A DNA stretch of 64,000 bases, taken from an uncultured virus (IMG/VR IMGVR_UViG_3300042868_009486). Taxonomy: Duplodnaviria; Heunggongvirae; Uroviricota; Caudoviricetes. The first letter of the stretch is position 1. Every line of letters begins with the position of its first letter. The notes beneath the pieces are model-generated. The model saw only the letters and a list, made by a program, of their open reading frames with translations. It was not told the DNA's origin and did no database searches. The stretch lies in the IMG/VR virus record IMGVR_UViG_3300042868_009486, positions 1-64,000 of that record; one strand, given 5' to 3'. Below are positions 20,567 through 30,084 of the stretch, one piece after another. Made by a program: the position numbers and the translations under genes.

Positions 20567-21178
20567 ATGAAAAATTTAATAAGACAAGTACTGAAAGAAT
20601 ATGTAACTTTAGTTGAGCAAAACGAGTTAAAAAATTATGCTCTTAAGGGACTAAATAATGCATCAAAAAAAATTAATAATGCTGTAAATAACCTTGATGA
20701 GGTAATTAGTGGAAGTTACTCAGCTGAAGGTCAACCAAGAGCATACGACGCATTACACTCATTTCAAAGCAGAAGATCGGATGGATTTGGTGGTAGAATC
20801 AACACAAAAGTTCAGAATGGCATCAAAGAATATAAAAACACAAAAGGTTTAAACGCGGTAGATATTAAAAAAGTTACCGTAAATATTGATCCCAATACAT
20901 TAACAGTAAATTGGGAAGTCACAATCGGAAAAAGTAATGATGGTTATACCTACGAACAGTTTGATAGTAGAGGAAGTGCTGGTGGAGGTGAATCTGCGGT
21001 TGATGGTCAATTAGCTGGTATGCATTCAGTTAACTCAGGAGAACCAAAATTGGTATATTACTTCAATAAAACTATGCCAAAATGTTTCGATTCTAATGGA
21101 GTAAAACTATCGGGTGGATGTAAAGGAACGATCAATATACAGCAAAAGTTCTTCAAATACGGTAAAAAAGTAAAATGA
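20567..21178 (+). CDS. leader-bearing hypothetical protein
   Basis: MKNLIRQVLKE leader; TATTTAT at 20554. Confidence 0.75.
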   Translation: MKNLIRQVLKEYVTLVEQNELKNYALKGLNNASKKINNAVNNLDEVISGSYSAEGQPRAYDALHSFQSRRSDGFGGRINTKVQNGIKEYKNTKGLNAVDIKKVTVNIDPNTLTVNWEVTIGKSNDGYTYEQFDSRGSAGGGESAVDGQLAGMHSVNSGEPKLVYYFNKTMPKCFDSNGVKLSGGCKGTINIQQKFFKYGKKVK

Positions 21179-21603
21179 AAAATTTAATCAAAAATATATT
21201 AAATGAGGAAACAGAAGGTTTGAGAGAAAGATTTATCAAGTCAGCTGAATCTGTTCCCTATATCGTAGAAAGTATTGTGGATACAAACATTATCAACGGG
21301 GTTGAAGTTCAAAATATTACTTTTGATGAAAGATATACTGAAATTGCGGGAGACATTATTATAACATCTTGGAATGAAGATCCTGACCTTTTTGAGTTCA
21401 CTCAGCAATTGCGTAGAATTGATGGTGAATTAGATAAAGTTTTACTTAAATATTCATTTAAAGATAATGGTTCTTTTGGTAGAAATACGGGTAAATATAA
21501 TAACTTGATGTGGTATTTTATTGGTTGTGAGTGGAGTTCCGACAACCAATTTATATTAAAAATGACATACGCATTTAGACAAGAAGAATACGATGAAGAT
21601 TAA
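21175..21603 (+). CDS. leader-bearing hypothetical protein
   Basis: MKNLIKNILNEE leader. Confidence 0.75.
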   Translation: MKNLIKNILNEETEGLRERFIKSAESVPYIVESIVDTNIINGVEVQNITFDERYTEIAGDIIITSWNEDPDLFEFTQQLRRIDGELDKVLLKYSFKDNGSFGRNTGKYNNLMWYFIGCEWSSDNQFILKMTYAFRQEEYDED

Positions 21604-22048
21604 TAGAAATTTAATAAAGCAAATTCTTACTGAAGAAGTTGAAGAACCAAAAATTCTAAAAGGGATCGGTATTGTAGTTAATACACTAAAACAACAATAC
21701 CCATTTATATTAGGATGGGAATTGTCAGATGAATTAGAAACATACAAGATGATAATTTACATCAACCTCTATGTTGACTATGAAATGGTAAAAGAATTTT
21801 ATGGTTTAGAACCCCGATATGAAAAAATTTTTTATTTAGATAAGGCCCTTGTGACACCATTATCCCCATTCAAGGGAAGATATGATAATGAAGGGGTAGA
21901 TGAGGCTTTAAAAATGAATGAAGAGTTACGAGAAATGTATAAATATATCCCTGAAGATATGAAGATGATAGGATATGGTGGTTTTTCAGATGATTATAAA
22001 GAACCAATGATTGATAATTTTACTTTTGTTGATGAGACAACTAATTAG
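21593..22048 (+). CDS. leader-bearing hypothetical protein
   Basis: NLIKQILTEE leader; QQYPFILGWEL. Confidence 0.75.
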   Translation: MKINRNLIKQILTEEVEEPKILKGIGIVVNTLKQQYPFILGWELSDELETYKMIIYINLYVDYEMVKEFYGLEPRYEKIFYLDKALVTPLSPFKGRYDNEGVDEALKMNEELREMYKYIPEDMKMIGYGGFSDDYKEPMIDNFTFVDETTN

Positions 22049-22403
22049 ACATATCTTAAGAGAGTCTAAAGTGCAGACTGACATCCTCGATCTAATTAAA
22101 GATGAGGATATTTTTGTTGCCGCTAAGTTTGTTGGTGGTTTAGATAACCTAAAACAAATACTCAAAAACGAACCTGAGTATGTAACATTAATTGACTCAC
22201 TCAAAGGAAAGTTGAATCTTATTTACCACTCGTTAAAGGAATACCTTGAGTTTCCAATGAAGTTTGAGATAGTAGGTAAAGGTGAAAATGTATTTAAAAA
22301 CCAATTAAACGACATCTATGATATGATACCAAAAGAAATGGTTATTAAAGATACTTGGGGTGATATTAAACAATTAGATATTGAATATTTTAAGTTCAGA
22401 TGA
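22032..22403 (+). CDS. leader-bearing chimeric protein
   Basis: MRQLIRHILRES leader; N-half resembles module 1 of 23349..26063, C-end resembles the tail of 21593..22048. Confidence 0.7.
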   Translation: MRQLIRHILRESKVQTDILDLIKDEDIFVAAKFVGGLDNLKQILKNEPEYVTLIDSLKGKLNLIYHSLKEYLEFPMKFEIVGKGENVFKNQLNDIYDMIPKEMVIKDTWGDIKQLDIEYFKFR

Positions 22404-22723
22404 AAGATTTAATTAGAAACATATTGAAAGAAGAATCTGAAGAGATTGACCAAAAAGTTTATAACTTCCTAAGAAGAAGATATGAAATTAATGAGATTAA
22501 CATTGAAGGAGGAAGTAAGTTTAAAGAGATATATTTTAAGGTAGGTGATGAATATTATGGTGTATCTATGTGGGATAATAAAAAAAGACAAGTAAGACGT
22601 ATTTTGAATATGCTTATTGAAAACAATGTTACTGAACCAATGAGTATCTTCACAAACGAGAATGACCCATATAGACAAAAAGTTGTTAGAACTATTAAAA
22701 AGTTTTTATACGAAGTAATGTAA
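22400..22723 (+). CDS. leader-bearing hypothetical protein
   Basis: MKDLIRNILKEE leader. Confidence 0.75.
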   Translation: MKDLIRNILKEESEEIDQKVYNFLRRRYEINEINIEGGSKFKEIYFKVGDEYYGVSMWDNKKRQVRRILNMLIENNVTEPMSIFTNENDPYRQKVVRTIKKFLYEVM

Positions 22724-23352
22724 TGAAAGAATTAATTAGACACATATTAAAAGAAGAGGTTAGTAGAAAATATGATAAACCTACACCAAAGGTAGAGCAA
22801 CTTATCTACAGATGGTTGAATGATTATTTTGATGGTGTTGAGATGTACCATAAAAAATCTTATGAATCAACACATAGTTTTGATTTTTGTAAAAACGGAA
22901 GAGAAATATTGGATGTTGTTTTATATTTTGGTAATGATGACGACAATAAAAAAACTGAAGAAATGAGTTTTAATAGGGGTTTAATGAGTGTTCCAAAAAA
23001 TGTATTTGATGACTTATCCACAGATATTCCTGTGAGAGTAAGTTATTTAAGATACCTACTTGAAGAATGGTTTGATGATACTTATTTAGGTGAAATTCAA
23101 AAAAAGATGGGTAGAAATGATATCTACATTTCCGAACTTTATATAACTAATTACGACGGTGATATTTGTTTTCCGCCGATAACAAAACCTGATGATGTAA
23201 CTGAGGAAGAAATGATAGAACATATTCTTAAAACAGGAAAATATAAAATGAACGATATATTGTGGTGGGAAGAAAGATTACCAGGATGGATTGAACAAAC
23301 TTATTTAGAACAACTTAATGGTGCTGAATACAGAAGATTAAAAGGAGAATGA
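22723..23352 (+). CDS. leader-bearing hypothetical protein
   Basis: MKELIRHILKEE leader. Confidence 0.75.
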   Translation: MKELIRHILKEEVSRKYDKPTPKVEQLIYRWLNDYFDGVEMYHKKSYESTHSFDFCKNGREILDVVLYFGNDDDNKKTEEMSFNRGLMSVPKNVFDDLSTDIPVRVSYLRYLLEEWFDDTYLGEIQKKMGRNDIYISELYITNYDGDICFPPITKPDDVTEEEMIEHILKTGKYKMNDILWWEERLPGWIEQTYLEQLNGAEYRRLKGE

Positions 23353-26063
23353 AAGAACTGATTAGACATATCTTAAAAGAAAATAGACTCCAACAAGAGA
23401 TGAAACAATTTATTGAAGATAATAATATCTTTGATGCTGCTGAAATGGTTGGGGGACTGGATAATCTTAAAAGTATTTTCAAAGATGACCTTGAACTTTC
23501 TGAAATGTTAAATCAATTAACAGGTGTTGTTGATTTCGAATATCACGACGCTTGGGGAGATCCTAGATTTGTTGTATTCCCGATTGAATATGAAATAATT
23601 GGTATTAAAAAAAATATATGGGGCACACATTCTTGGCCTGAATTAAATCTTATTTATGATGACAGTAAATTAACTTCAGCAGAAAAAAAGAAACTAATAA
23701 CCATCCTTGCCACAATTCAAAATGACAATACTGTAGGAAAGATAGAAACCAACTTACCTGAAATTAAAAGTTCTGGTTATTTTGATGTTAGACAAATAAA
23801 CGGCAAAGATGTCGATATACATGATGAAGAATTCCCTTTTTCAAAAGAAGATGTGAAAAGAATACACAACAAACTTTATGGTGAGTCTGAAAGTTTAAAC
23901 GAAAGTGATAATCGTGAAACTGACAAAAATCTAAGGGCAATAAATGTATTGTTATCTTTAGTTAGTTGGGACGGGCTTTGTGATATATGGGCAGAATATA
24001 ATCCTGATGATAAAGAATATGAAATACGATCAAAAACTCTCTCAACAGATGATTTGGCGACCTCAATTACTGAAATAGAAAAAGAACTTAATTCTTTAGA
24101 GGACTCAATAAAGTCTATGGGAATCAAAGTGTATATCTACACACCGTGGTATGTGGATAGTTGTGACGATGAGGTTAAGTTCATGAACGAGAGTTCAAAC
24201 AGAAATGAAAAGGACACACAAAGACTTTTCAAAATAATAAAAATGATAATGGAAGATATGATACTTCCTGAATATGGTCATCTTATTTGTTCTTATGAAA
24301 TCACATTAAATGAAGATTTTTTCAATATACCTCAAGTTACAGTTTTATTTATTGGAGGTTACGGAACAGAATATTGGCCAGTGACCCAAGCTGTAAGAAA
24401 CATGTATAATGAGGTCTTAGATGCCATTACAAAAGAAATTGCAACCTATACAGGAGTAGTAATTTATGTTGATATGTTACAAACACCAAAGTGTGAAGAT
24501 AAAGAAAATATCTATCTGAGAGAAAGTGAATCAGAAGACAAAGATTATAGTCCTGCGGGTAAAGAAATAACACCCAATCATATTGTTGTCCATAAGTCCA
24601 ATCCAATGTACAGAGATAAGATAATGGAAAACGGTCTTAAAGTAAGAGCGGGAGAATGTTATAAAGTATATGTAGGTTATGGGGTTAAATGTAAACCAGC
24701 AATTTTTGCAACCAACTCAACAAACAAAAGAGCATGGTTTGATTCAACATACGACGATGATATTTGGTTTATTGACACAACAATGATTCCTTATGTTAAA
24801 TGGTTTAAAGATAGACATTTTGAGTCAAGGTCAAAACATATTGTAACATTTCAAGATATTCCAAAAGAGGCGATAACCCTAAAATATGAAGGAACAGGAA
24901 GTAGTGAAGATGTTTTAAATTCGTGGCCTGAAGATTCACCTAATAGATTACAAGAATCCATAAGAAGTATATTAAGGGAAGATTCATTAAAGAATGATTT
25001 AATGGAATCAGAAGATAAAAAACTTGATTTGGTTAAACAAATGATTCTTCAGTTATTTGATGAGGTTGAATATATTGAAATTGATGAAATATACGGAAAA
25101 CCTTTAATTAAAATCTATCACGATGTAGATGATACTGCAGCAAACTACGACAGTTGGTTTGAAGAAGTTATAGAAGATAAGATTGATGAAATGACAGGTG
25201 GAAATATTATTTTATGTTCATGGTGGGCACCAGTATGGCACTATAAAAGAAAGAACGCTGACTTTTTTATTGATGTTGAAAAAATTGAATATGACGATGA
25301 CGGAAATGAGATAAACGAGTCAGAAGAAAAACAACCAAAGTATTTAGACATCATCAAAGATATTGTGGAACCATTTAAAAATGAAGATTGTGTTTGTGAT
25401 ATTAGAGTTTTGTATAATGAAGAAGACGATATGTATTTAATTGATGTTGAGATTGGTTTATTTGACCTTAAAGAGAAGTTTTTTGCTGAGGTAGGAAGAA
25501 ACCATTATGTTAAAAAAATAAGACTTGATATTAAAGAAACAATCAAAGGTTACATCCCAATAGATAATTTCTATGTTGGTTCATACTCAACACCAAAATG
25601 TGGTGAGAAAAGATGGTGGGACAAAAATATAAATGAATCTGATAATAAAGAACAATCATTACAAAAACTTATAGACCAACACGGTTTATATGATTTCATA
25701 AAGATGACAGGGTTAGACTTTAATCAAGTAAAAACATTATTAAGTAAAGTAGATAACCCCAAAGAAATATTAAAACAATATATAAGAGAATTTGTTTTAG
25801 AACATGATGGGATGAGTGGTGACAATTATGGTTCACTTTTTGCGTTAAATTTACCATTGAGTGATACTAAGTATGTTAACGATATATTAGTACAAGACAG
25901 TGGTCAAAGTGCTGTTGAGATATGGGAGTATCATCTTGATGAATATGGACATAGAGAACAAAAAGACCAATATCTAACATCAATTATTACCCTAACTAAT
26001 GACGAGTTACTATCAATTCTTTCTTGGATGATGGAAGTAATAGAAGGTGGTTATTGGGATTAG
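23349..26063 (+). CDS. 904-aa multi-module putative polyprotein including an ADP-ribosyltransferase-like module
   Basis: Leader plus internal LNE|S, MNE|S, LRE|S, LQE|S..LME|S, INE|S, INE|S junctions; modules homologous to stand-alone ORFs. Confidence 0.75.
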   Translation: MKELIRHILKENRLQQEMKQFIEDNNIFDAAEMVGGLDNLKSIFKDDLELSEMLNQLTGVVDFEYHDAWGDPRFVVFPIEYEIIGIKKNIWGTHSWPELNLIYDDSKLTSAEKKKLITILATIQNDNTVGKIETNLPEIKSSGYFDVRQINGKDVDIHDEEFPFSKEDVKRIHNKLYGESESLNESDNRETDKNLRAINVLLSLVSWDGLCDIWAEYNPDDKEYEIRSKTLSTDDLATSITEIEKELNSLEDSIKSMGIKVYIYTPWYVDSCDDEVKFMNESSNRNEKDTQRLFKIIKMIMEDMILPEYGHLICSYEITLNEDFFNIPQVTVLFIGGYGTEYWPVTQAVRNMYNEVLDAITKEIATYTGVVIYVDMLQTPKCEDKENIYLRESESEDKDYSPAGKEITPNHIVVHKSNPMYRDKIMENGLKVRAGECYKVYVGYGVKCKPAIFATNSTNKRAWFDSTYDDDIWFIDTTMIPYVKWFKDRHFESRSKHIVTFQDIPKEAITLKYEGTGSSEDVLNSWPEDSPNRLQESIRSILREDSLKNDLMESEDKKLDLVKQMILQLFDEVEYIEIDEIYGKPLIKIYHDVDDTAANYDSWFEEVIEDKIDEMTGGNIILCSWWAPVWHYKRKNADFFIDVEKIEYDDDGNEINESEEKQPKYLDIIKDIVEPFKNEDCVCDIRVLYNEEDDMYLIDVEIGLFDLKEKFFAEVGRNHYVKKIRLDIKETIKGYIPIDNFYVGSYSTPKCGEKRWWDKNINESDNKEQSLQKLIDQHGLYDFIKMTGLDFNQVKTLLSKVDNPKEILKQYIREFVLEHDGMSGDNYGSLFALNLPLSDTKYVNDILVQDSGQSAVEIWEYHLDEYGHREQKDQYLTSIITLTNDELLSILSWMMEVIEGGYWD

Positions 26064-26093
26064 TCAAATAATTTTATTATATTTGCTTTTGAT

Positions 26094-26360
26094 ATGGTAA
26101 AAGATTTATCAAAAGTAATAGAACAATATGTATATACTCATCTATCACACAGAGATGATATTTTGGTGCAAGTAGTAAAATCACCAACAAGATATAAAGT
26201 CCACATAGTTATATATGTAAAACCAACCGACGGACTTTATGCCACAATCAACAAAGGTATCGACAGAGGTGATTTAATGAATGGAATTAAAGGGTATTTT
26301 AATTTGGATTGGGATAGTTGTATGATTTACACTCAAGTTAGCGAATACCAAACTGAGTAA
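26094..26360 (+). CDS. hypothetical protein (paralogue of 27552..27836)
   Basis: MVKDLS...HLSHRDDI.VQV...GLY.TINKGIDR; TATATTTG at 26078. Confidence 0.75.
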   Translation: MVKDLSKVIEQYVYTHLSHRDDILVQVVKSPTRYKVHIVIYVKPTDGLYATINKGIDRGDLMNGIKGYFNLDWDSCMIYTQVSEYQTE

Positions 26361-26371
26361 TATTTATTATT

Positions 26372-26671
26372 ATGAACCTACAAGAACAAATATCAAGAAT
26401 GAAATCAATGATGGGGGTTATTAATGAGTCTCATCTACCGACATACATTATAAGAAGGGTGACAATAGAAAAATTAGATGACTTGGTTGATGATGTGAAA
26501 GGTTTAATTGATTCGGGTTATGATAGAACCGACGCAATATACGATACCGTAAGACAATTTATTGCATCCAGTAAGAATTTTAGATTTCTTAGTTCGTCTG
26601 AACAAGAATATTGGGATTCATATATTATGTTTGAGAAGCCATTGGTGGATTATGTAAAAGAAAAGTTATGA
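26372..26671 (+). CDS. leader-bearing hypothetical protein
   Basis: MNLQEQISRMKSMMGVINE|S; TATTTAT at 26361. Confidence 0.75.
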   Translation: MNLQEQISRMKSMMGVINESHLPTYIIRRVTIEKLDDLVDDVKGLIDSGYDRTDAIYDTVRQFIASSKNFRFLSSSEQEYWDSYIMFEKPLVDYVKEKL

Positions 26672-27099
26672 TGAACCTACAAGAACATATAAGAAAGATA
26701 CTAAAGGAAGAGACATATTATAAAATTTCTGATGACAAGTATTCAAAGTTAATTAAAAATCTTATCCTTGATTATGTTAATTTTAATATATGTACATTAG
26801 TTGTTAGTGCGTTAGAATCTTTTGAAGACCAATATTTAGTTATTTTGATAGTTGAAGAACAACTTAAGTCATCTTATCGTGAGGAACTTCAAGAATATCT
26901 TAATAATTATATCCCGTTAAAAGCAATATATGTTTCCGTTTCAGATGGTCAGGACTGTCAAAATTATAAAAAAGGAAGAAGTCAACAAGAAATGAAAGAG
27001 GGTGAACTAACAGAAAGATGTTGGAAAGGATATACTCAAAAAGGTATGAAGACTATGTTTGGTAAACGTTATCCCAATTGTGTGAAGAAGAAAAAGTAA
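26668..27099 (+). CDS. leader-bearing protein with basic Cys C-terminal module
   Basis: MNLQEHIRKILKEE; LTE|RCWKGYTQKGMKTMFGKRYPNCVKKKK. Confidence 0.75.
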   Translation: MMNLQEHIRKILKEETYYKISDDKYSKLIKNLILDYVNFNICTLVVSALESFEDQYLVILIVEEQLKSSYREELQEYLNNYIPLKAIYVSVSDGQDCQNYKKGRSQQEMKEGELTERCWKGYTQKGMKTMFGKRYPNCVKKKK

Positions 27100-27518
27100 T
27101 GAAACTACAAGAAAACATAAGAAAAGTACTCAGAGAAGAGAGTCAAAAACAATCATTACTTACACTCTTAAACCAACATGGTTTATATGAATTTATGAAG
27201 ATGACAGGACTATCTCTTCCACAAATCTATACAAAGACAGGAGAACTACCAAGAGAAGTCTTTGAGAGATACATAAAAGACTTTTTAGAAAAAGATGAAA
27301 TAGGTTGGGATCTATCTATACAAATATCACCAAATAAAATAGTAGATTCATTTTATTTATCTTATGGTGTAGTTACAATAGGAGTAAATGAAGTAGATTC
27401 AATAGGTAGAGTAGTTGCTGGAAGTTTCGAAAGACTTTCAGTTTTATCTGATGAGGAAATTTTCAGTTTAGTTGATGAAATGTCACAAATCAACGATGAT
27501 TATTTGGATTATATGTAA
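27099..27518 (+). CDS. leader-bearing protein homologous to the last module of the 904-aa ORF
   Basis: MKLQENIRKVLREE; QSL..L..QHGLY.F.KMTGL shared. Confidence 0.75.
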   Translation: MKLQENIRKVLREESQKQSLLTLLNQHGLYEFMKMTGLSLPQIYTKTGELPREVFERYIKDFLEKDEIGWDLSIQISPNKIVDSFYLSYGVVTIGVNEVDSIGRVVAGSFERLSVLSDEEIFSLVDEMSQINDDYLDYM

Positions 27519-27551
27519 TTAATCAAATTTTTTTCTTATATTTGCCTGAAG

Positions 27552-27836
27552 ATGGTAAAGGACTTATCAAACGCACTTATTTCATTTGTATATGATCACC
27601 TCTCACACAGGGATGATATTACCGTCCAAGTTCAAACAAACGGTAAAAAACCTTATTTCTACAGTATACATATATTAGTATACTTAGATGAACACGACGG
27701 ATTATATAACACAATCAATAAAGGAATAGATAGGTATGGACTTTACCATCAATTAAAAAAGTATTTTAATTTAACACTAGACGATTGTCGTATCACATAT
27801 CAAACCATTTATCCAACCACATCATTATGGGTTTAG
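27552..27836 (+). CDS. hypothetical protein (paralogue of 26094..26360)
   Basis: Sequence similarity; TATATTTG at 27537. Confidence 0.75.
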   Translation: MVKDLSNALISFVYDHLSHRDDITVQVQTNGKKPYFYSIHILVYLDEHDGLYNTINKGIDRYGLYHQLKKYFNLTLDDCRITYQTIYPTTSLWV

Positions 27837-28096
27837 AACAATATATTATTTCAGTACTTGATGAACCACAAGTAAAAGTAACACTTGTGGAAGGGGTGTA
27901 TCATGTCAATAGTGAAATAGATTCAACCAAAGTGACATCTATAGATACATTGGCATTTAAACAAATGCATATGACAGAAAGAATAAGGAACAAACTAAAA
28001 ACATTTCTACCATCAGATGTGGAGTATACGGTATTTGTTTATGTCAAACCAAATTTTGCAAAACTATCAAAGTCAAGACATGAAAGACCGAGATAA
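27827..28096 (+). CDS. hypothetical protein
   Basis: ORF; probable start at MGLEQY. Confidence 0.5.
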   Translation: MGLEQYIISVLDEPQVKVTLVEGVYHVNSEIDSTKVTSIDTLAFKQMHMTERIRNKLKTFLPSDVEYTVFVYVKPNFAKLSKSRHERPR

Positions 28097-28364
28097 AATA
28101 GAAAAACTTATATTAGATTACTTCAAGTTTGTAAACCCATTACCATGTGATGAGGTTAAAATAGAGTTTTGTGAGTTTTTTGATTTGTATACGATTAATA
28201 TTAAGAGTGAAAATTACTTAGACTACATAAGACATAGAAGAGACATACAACCAAATAGTAAAACTGTTTGTGAGGAGATAAGATACAGTATGGAAAATTT
28301 GTTTCCTTATAACTTCCGTGTGTTATGCGTAGTAGAAAGAAGAGATTTTTATAAAAAAATATAA
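28080..28364 (+). CDS. hypothetical protein
   Basis: ORF; probable start at MKDRDK. Confidence 0.5.
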   Translation: MKDRDKIEKLILDYFKFVNPLPCDEVKIEFCEFFDLYTINIKSENYLDYIRHRRDIQPNSKTVCEEIRYSMENLFPYNFRVLCVVERRDFYKKI

Positions 28365-28453
28365 TATGGAATTAGAACAAATAATTAGTATGTCGATCGG
28401 GTTATTCTCAACCTGTATGATGATCATAATTTATATAATCGGGATTAAAGATT

Positions 28454-28533
28454 AAGAGTATACGATTAAATCATTCGGTTCATAGTCCTACACTGCGTTC
28501 GGAATTCACCTCATAATTTTATCCTATACTCTT
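28454..28533. repeat. structured intergenic element, copy 1
   Basis: AAGAGTATA...TATACTCTT terminal inverted repeat around a conserved TCATTC...GGAATTCACCTCA core. Confidence 0.85.
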
Positions 28534-28566
28534 GGCTGAGTCAAAATTATATAGTATCTTTGTTAT

Positions 28567-29316
28567 ATGAAAAGGAACCGAAGTCAAGGATGGACATACG
28601 CCAAATTAAGCGGGCACAAGAATGAATCGTTAGTCAGCGAAGAGTTGGGTGATGGATACTACACTCTTGCTGGTAAGGTAGAATCTATCTTCGGTGACAA
28701 AACAACTCCTAAGCCAGACATTTATGGTGTAAAAAGACATAGTCTAAAAAAATCATTAAGTGGTCAGGTTCACATGAATAAGGTTGGTCGTTTCTTAGAT
28801 GGTTATACGATCATGTATGGTGAGATTCCGTCAAATGTATCAAAGGTGTTTTTATTATTGTTTGGTGGTAGTGATATCATTGATGAGGTTTTATCTTGTG
28901 AGGATTGCATACATCAGAATCCTAAGGTTAGAGCAACTGAAGTTAGAAGAAAGACCACCACCACAGAGACTTTGATCAAATATAATGAGGATCTCTCAAA
29001 TGAGTTTAAGTTATGGTTCAAGGACAACTTACACAACATCACGGAGTTGGTTTTTAAGAAGGGATGGAGCAAAAATGAAGGTGATTGGGTTGACATCTTA
29101 TGGTATGTTAACAAACTCGGTGACAACCAAGTTAATGAGAAATTTGACATCAACGAGATCATTGAGAAATCAAAAGGGCGTGATGTTATATATGGAACAA
29201 AGAATGGAGGAACAACCATTCAGTTACCATTTGGTCACCTACAATTTCATCAGGGAGGTCTACAATTTCATCACAATTATGAGAAGATCAAGGAATTGAT
29301 TTCTGAGAGAAAATAA
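28567..29316 (+). CDS. putative type II restriction endonuclease (MspI/HinP1I-like)
   Basis: AKLSGHKNE N-terminal helix, KPDI...SLKK, C-terminal LQF; adjacent to a methyltransferase. Confidence 0.55.
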   Translation: MKRNRSQGWTYAKLSGHKNESLVSEELGDGYYTLAGKVESIFGDKTTPKPDIYGVKRHSLKKSLSGQVHMNKVGRFLDGYTIMYGEIPSNVSKVFLLLFGGSDIIDEVLSCEDCIHQNPKVRATEVRRKTTTTETLIKYNEDLSNEFKLWFKDNLHNITELVFKKGWSKNEGDWVDILWYVNKLGDNQVNEKFDINEIIEKSKGRDVIYGTKNGGTTIQLPFGHLQFHQGGLQFHHNYEKIKELISERK

Positions 29317-29328
29317 TTATATTTAAGT

Positions 29329-30048
29329 ATGATAGATTTAAGAATGGGGGATTGTATTGACGAGATGAGAAAGATCCCATCAGACTCAATTGCGTGTATA
29401 GTTACAAGTCCTCCGTATAACAAGAAAGGATTGATCGGTAAGGTAAAACCTGGCAATCAAGTATGGAAGAAATTTAATATTGACTATGATTCATATGGGG
29501 ATGATCTAAGTGAGGTTGATTACCATAACTGGATGATCGATGTATTAAATGAGATGAAGAGAATCATTAAACCTGATGGATCAATATTCTTCAATCATAA
29601 AGCGAGAAGACATAAGAACAAGTTGCATCTTCCTACAGACTTTATCTCCAAGTCGGACTTAAATGTATATCAATTAATTATATGGAATCGTCTGTCAAGT
29701 CCTAACATTAGAAAGGATCTATTGTTGCCGTGTACAGAACATATCTATTGGTTAACAAAGGGTAAACCTAAGGTATTCAAAGATCAGATACCAAGTGAGT
29801 ATCAGTCTGAGGTGTGGATAATCAATCCTGACAAGAATACAAAACATCCAGCACCATTCCCAAAGAAGTTAGTAGAGACATGTATGTTGTTAACGACAGA
29901 AGAGAATGATTTATGTTTAGATCCGTTCTTAGGATCAGGAACCTCAGCAATTGTGGCTCGAAATAATAATAGAGATTTTATAGGGATAGAGATTGATTCT
30001 AAGTATATAGATCTAACAAATGAATTATTAGGGGACCCTTCATTGTAA
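29329..30048 (+). CDS. DNA amino-methyltransferase, beta class (N4-C/N6-A)
   Basis: VTSPPY motif IV precedes HPAPFP and LDPFLGSGT motif I. Confidence 0.9.
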   Translation: MIDLRMGDCIDEMRKIPSDSIACIVTSPPYNKKGLIGKVKPGNQVWKKFNIDYDSYGDDLSEVDYHNWMIDVLNEMKRIIKPDGSIFFNHKARRHKNKLHLPTDFISKSDLNVYQLIIWNRLSSPNIRKDLLLPCTEHIYWLTKGKPKVFKDQIPSEYQSEVWIINPDKNTKHPAPFPKKLVETCMLLTTEENDLCLDPFLGSGTSAIVARNNNRDFIGIEIDSKYIDLTNELLGDPSL

Positions 30049-30084
30049 AGATGGGGGGTTTTTATTTATAATATATTTATTATT

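Noticed and set aside
19856..27836. Diversity-generating retroelement behind the paralogous modules
   Set aside because: No reverse transcriptase is visible, and the paralogues differ broadly rather than at adenine-specific positions
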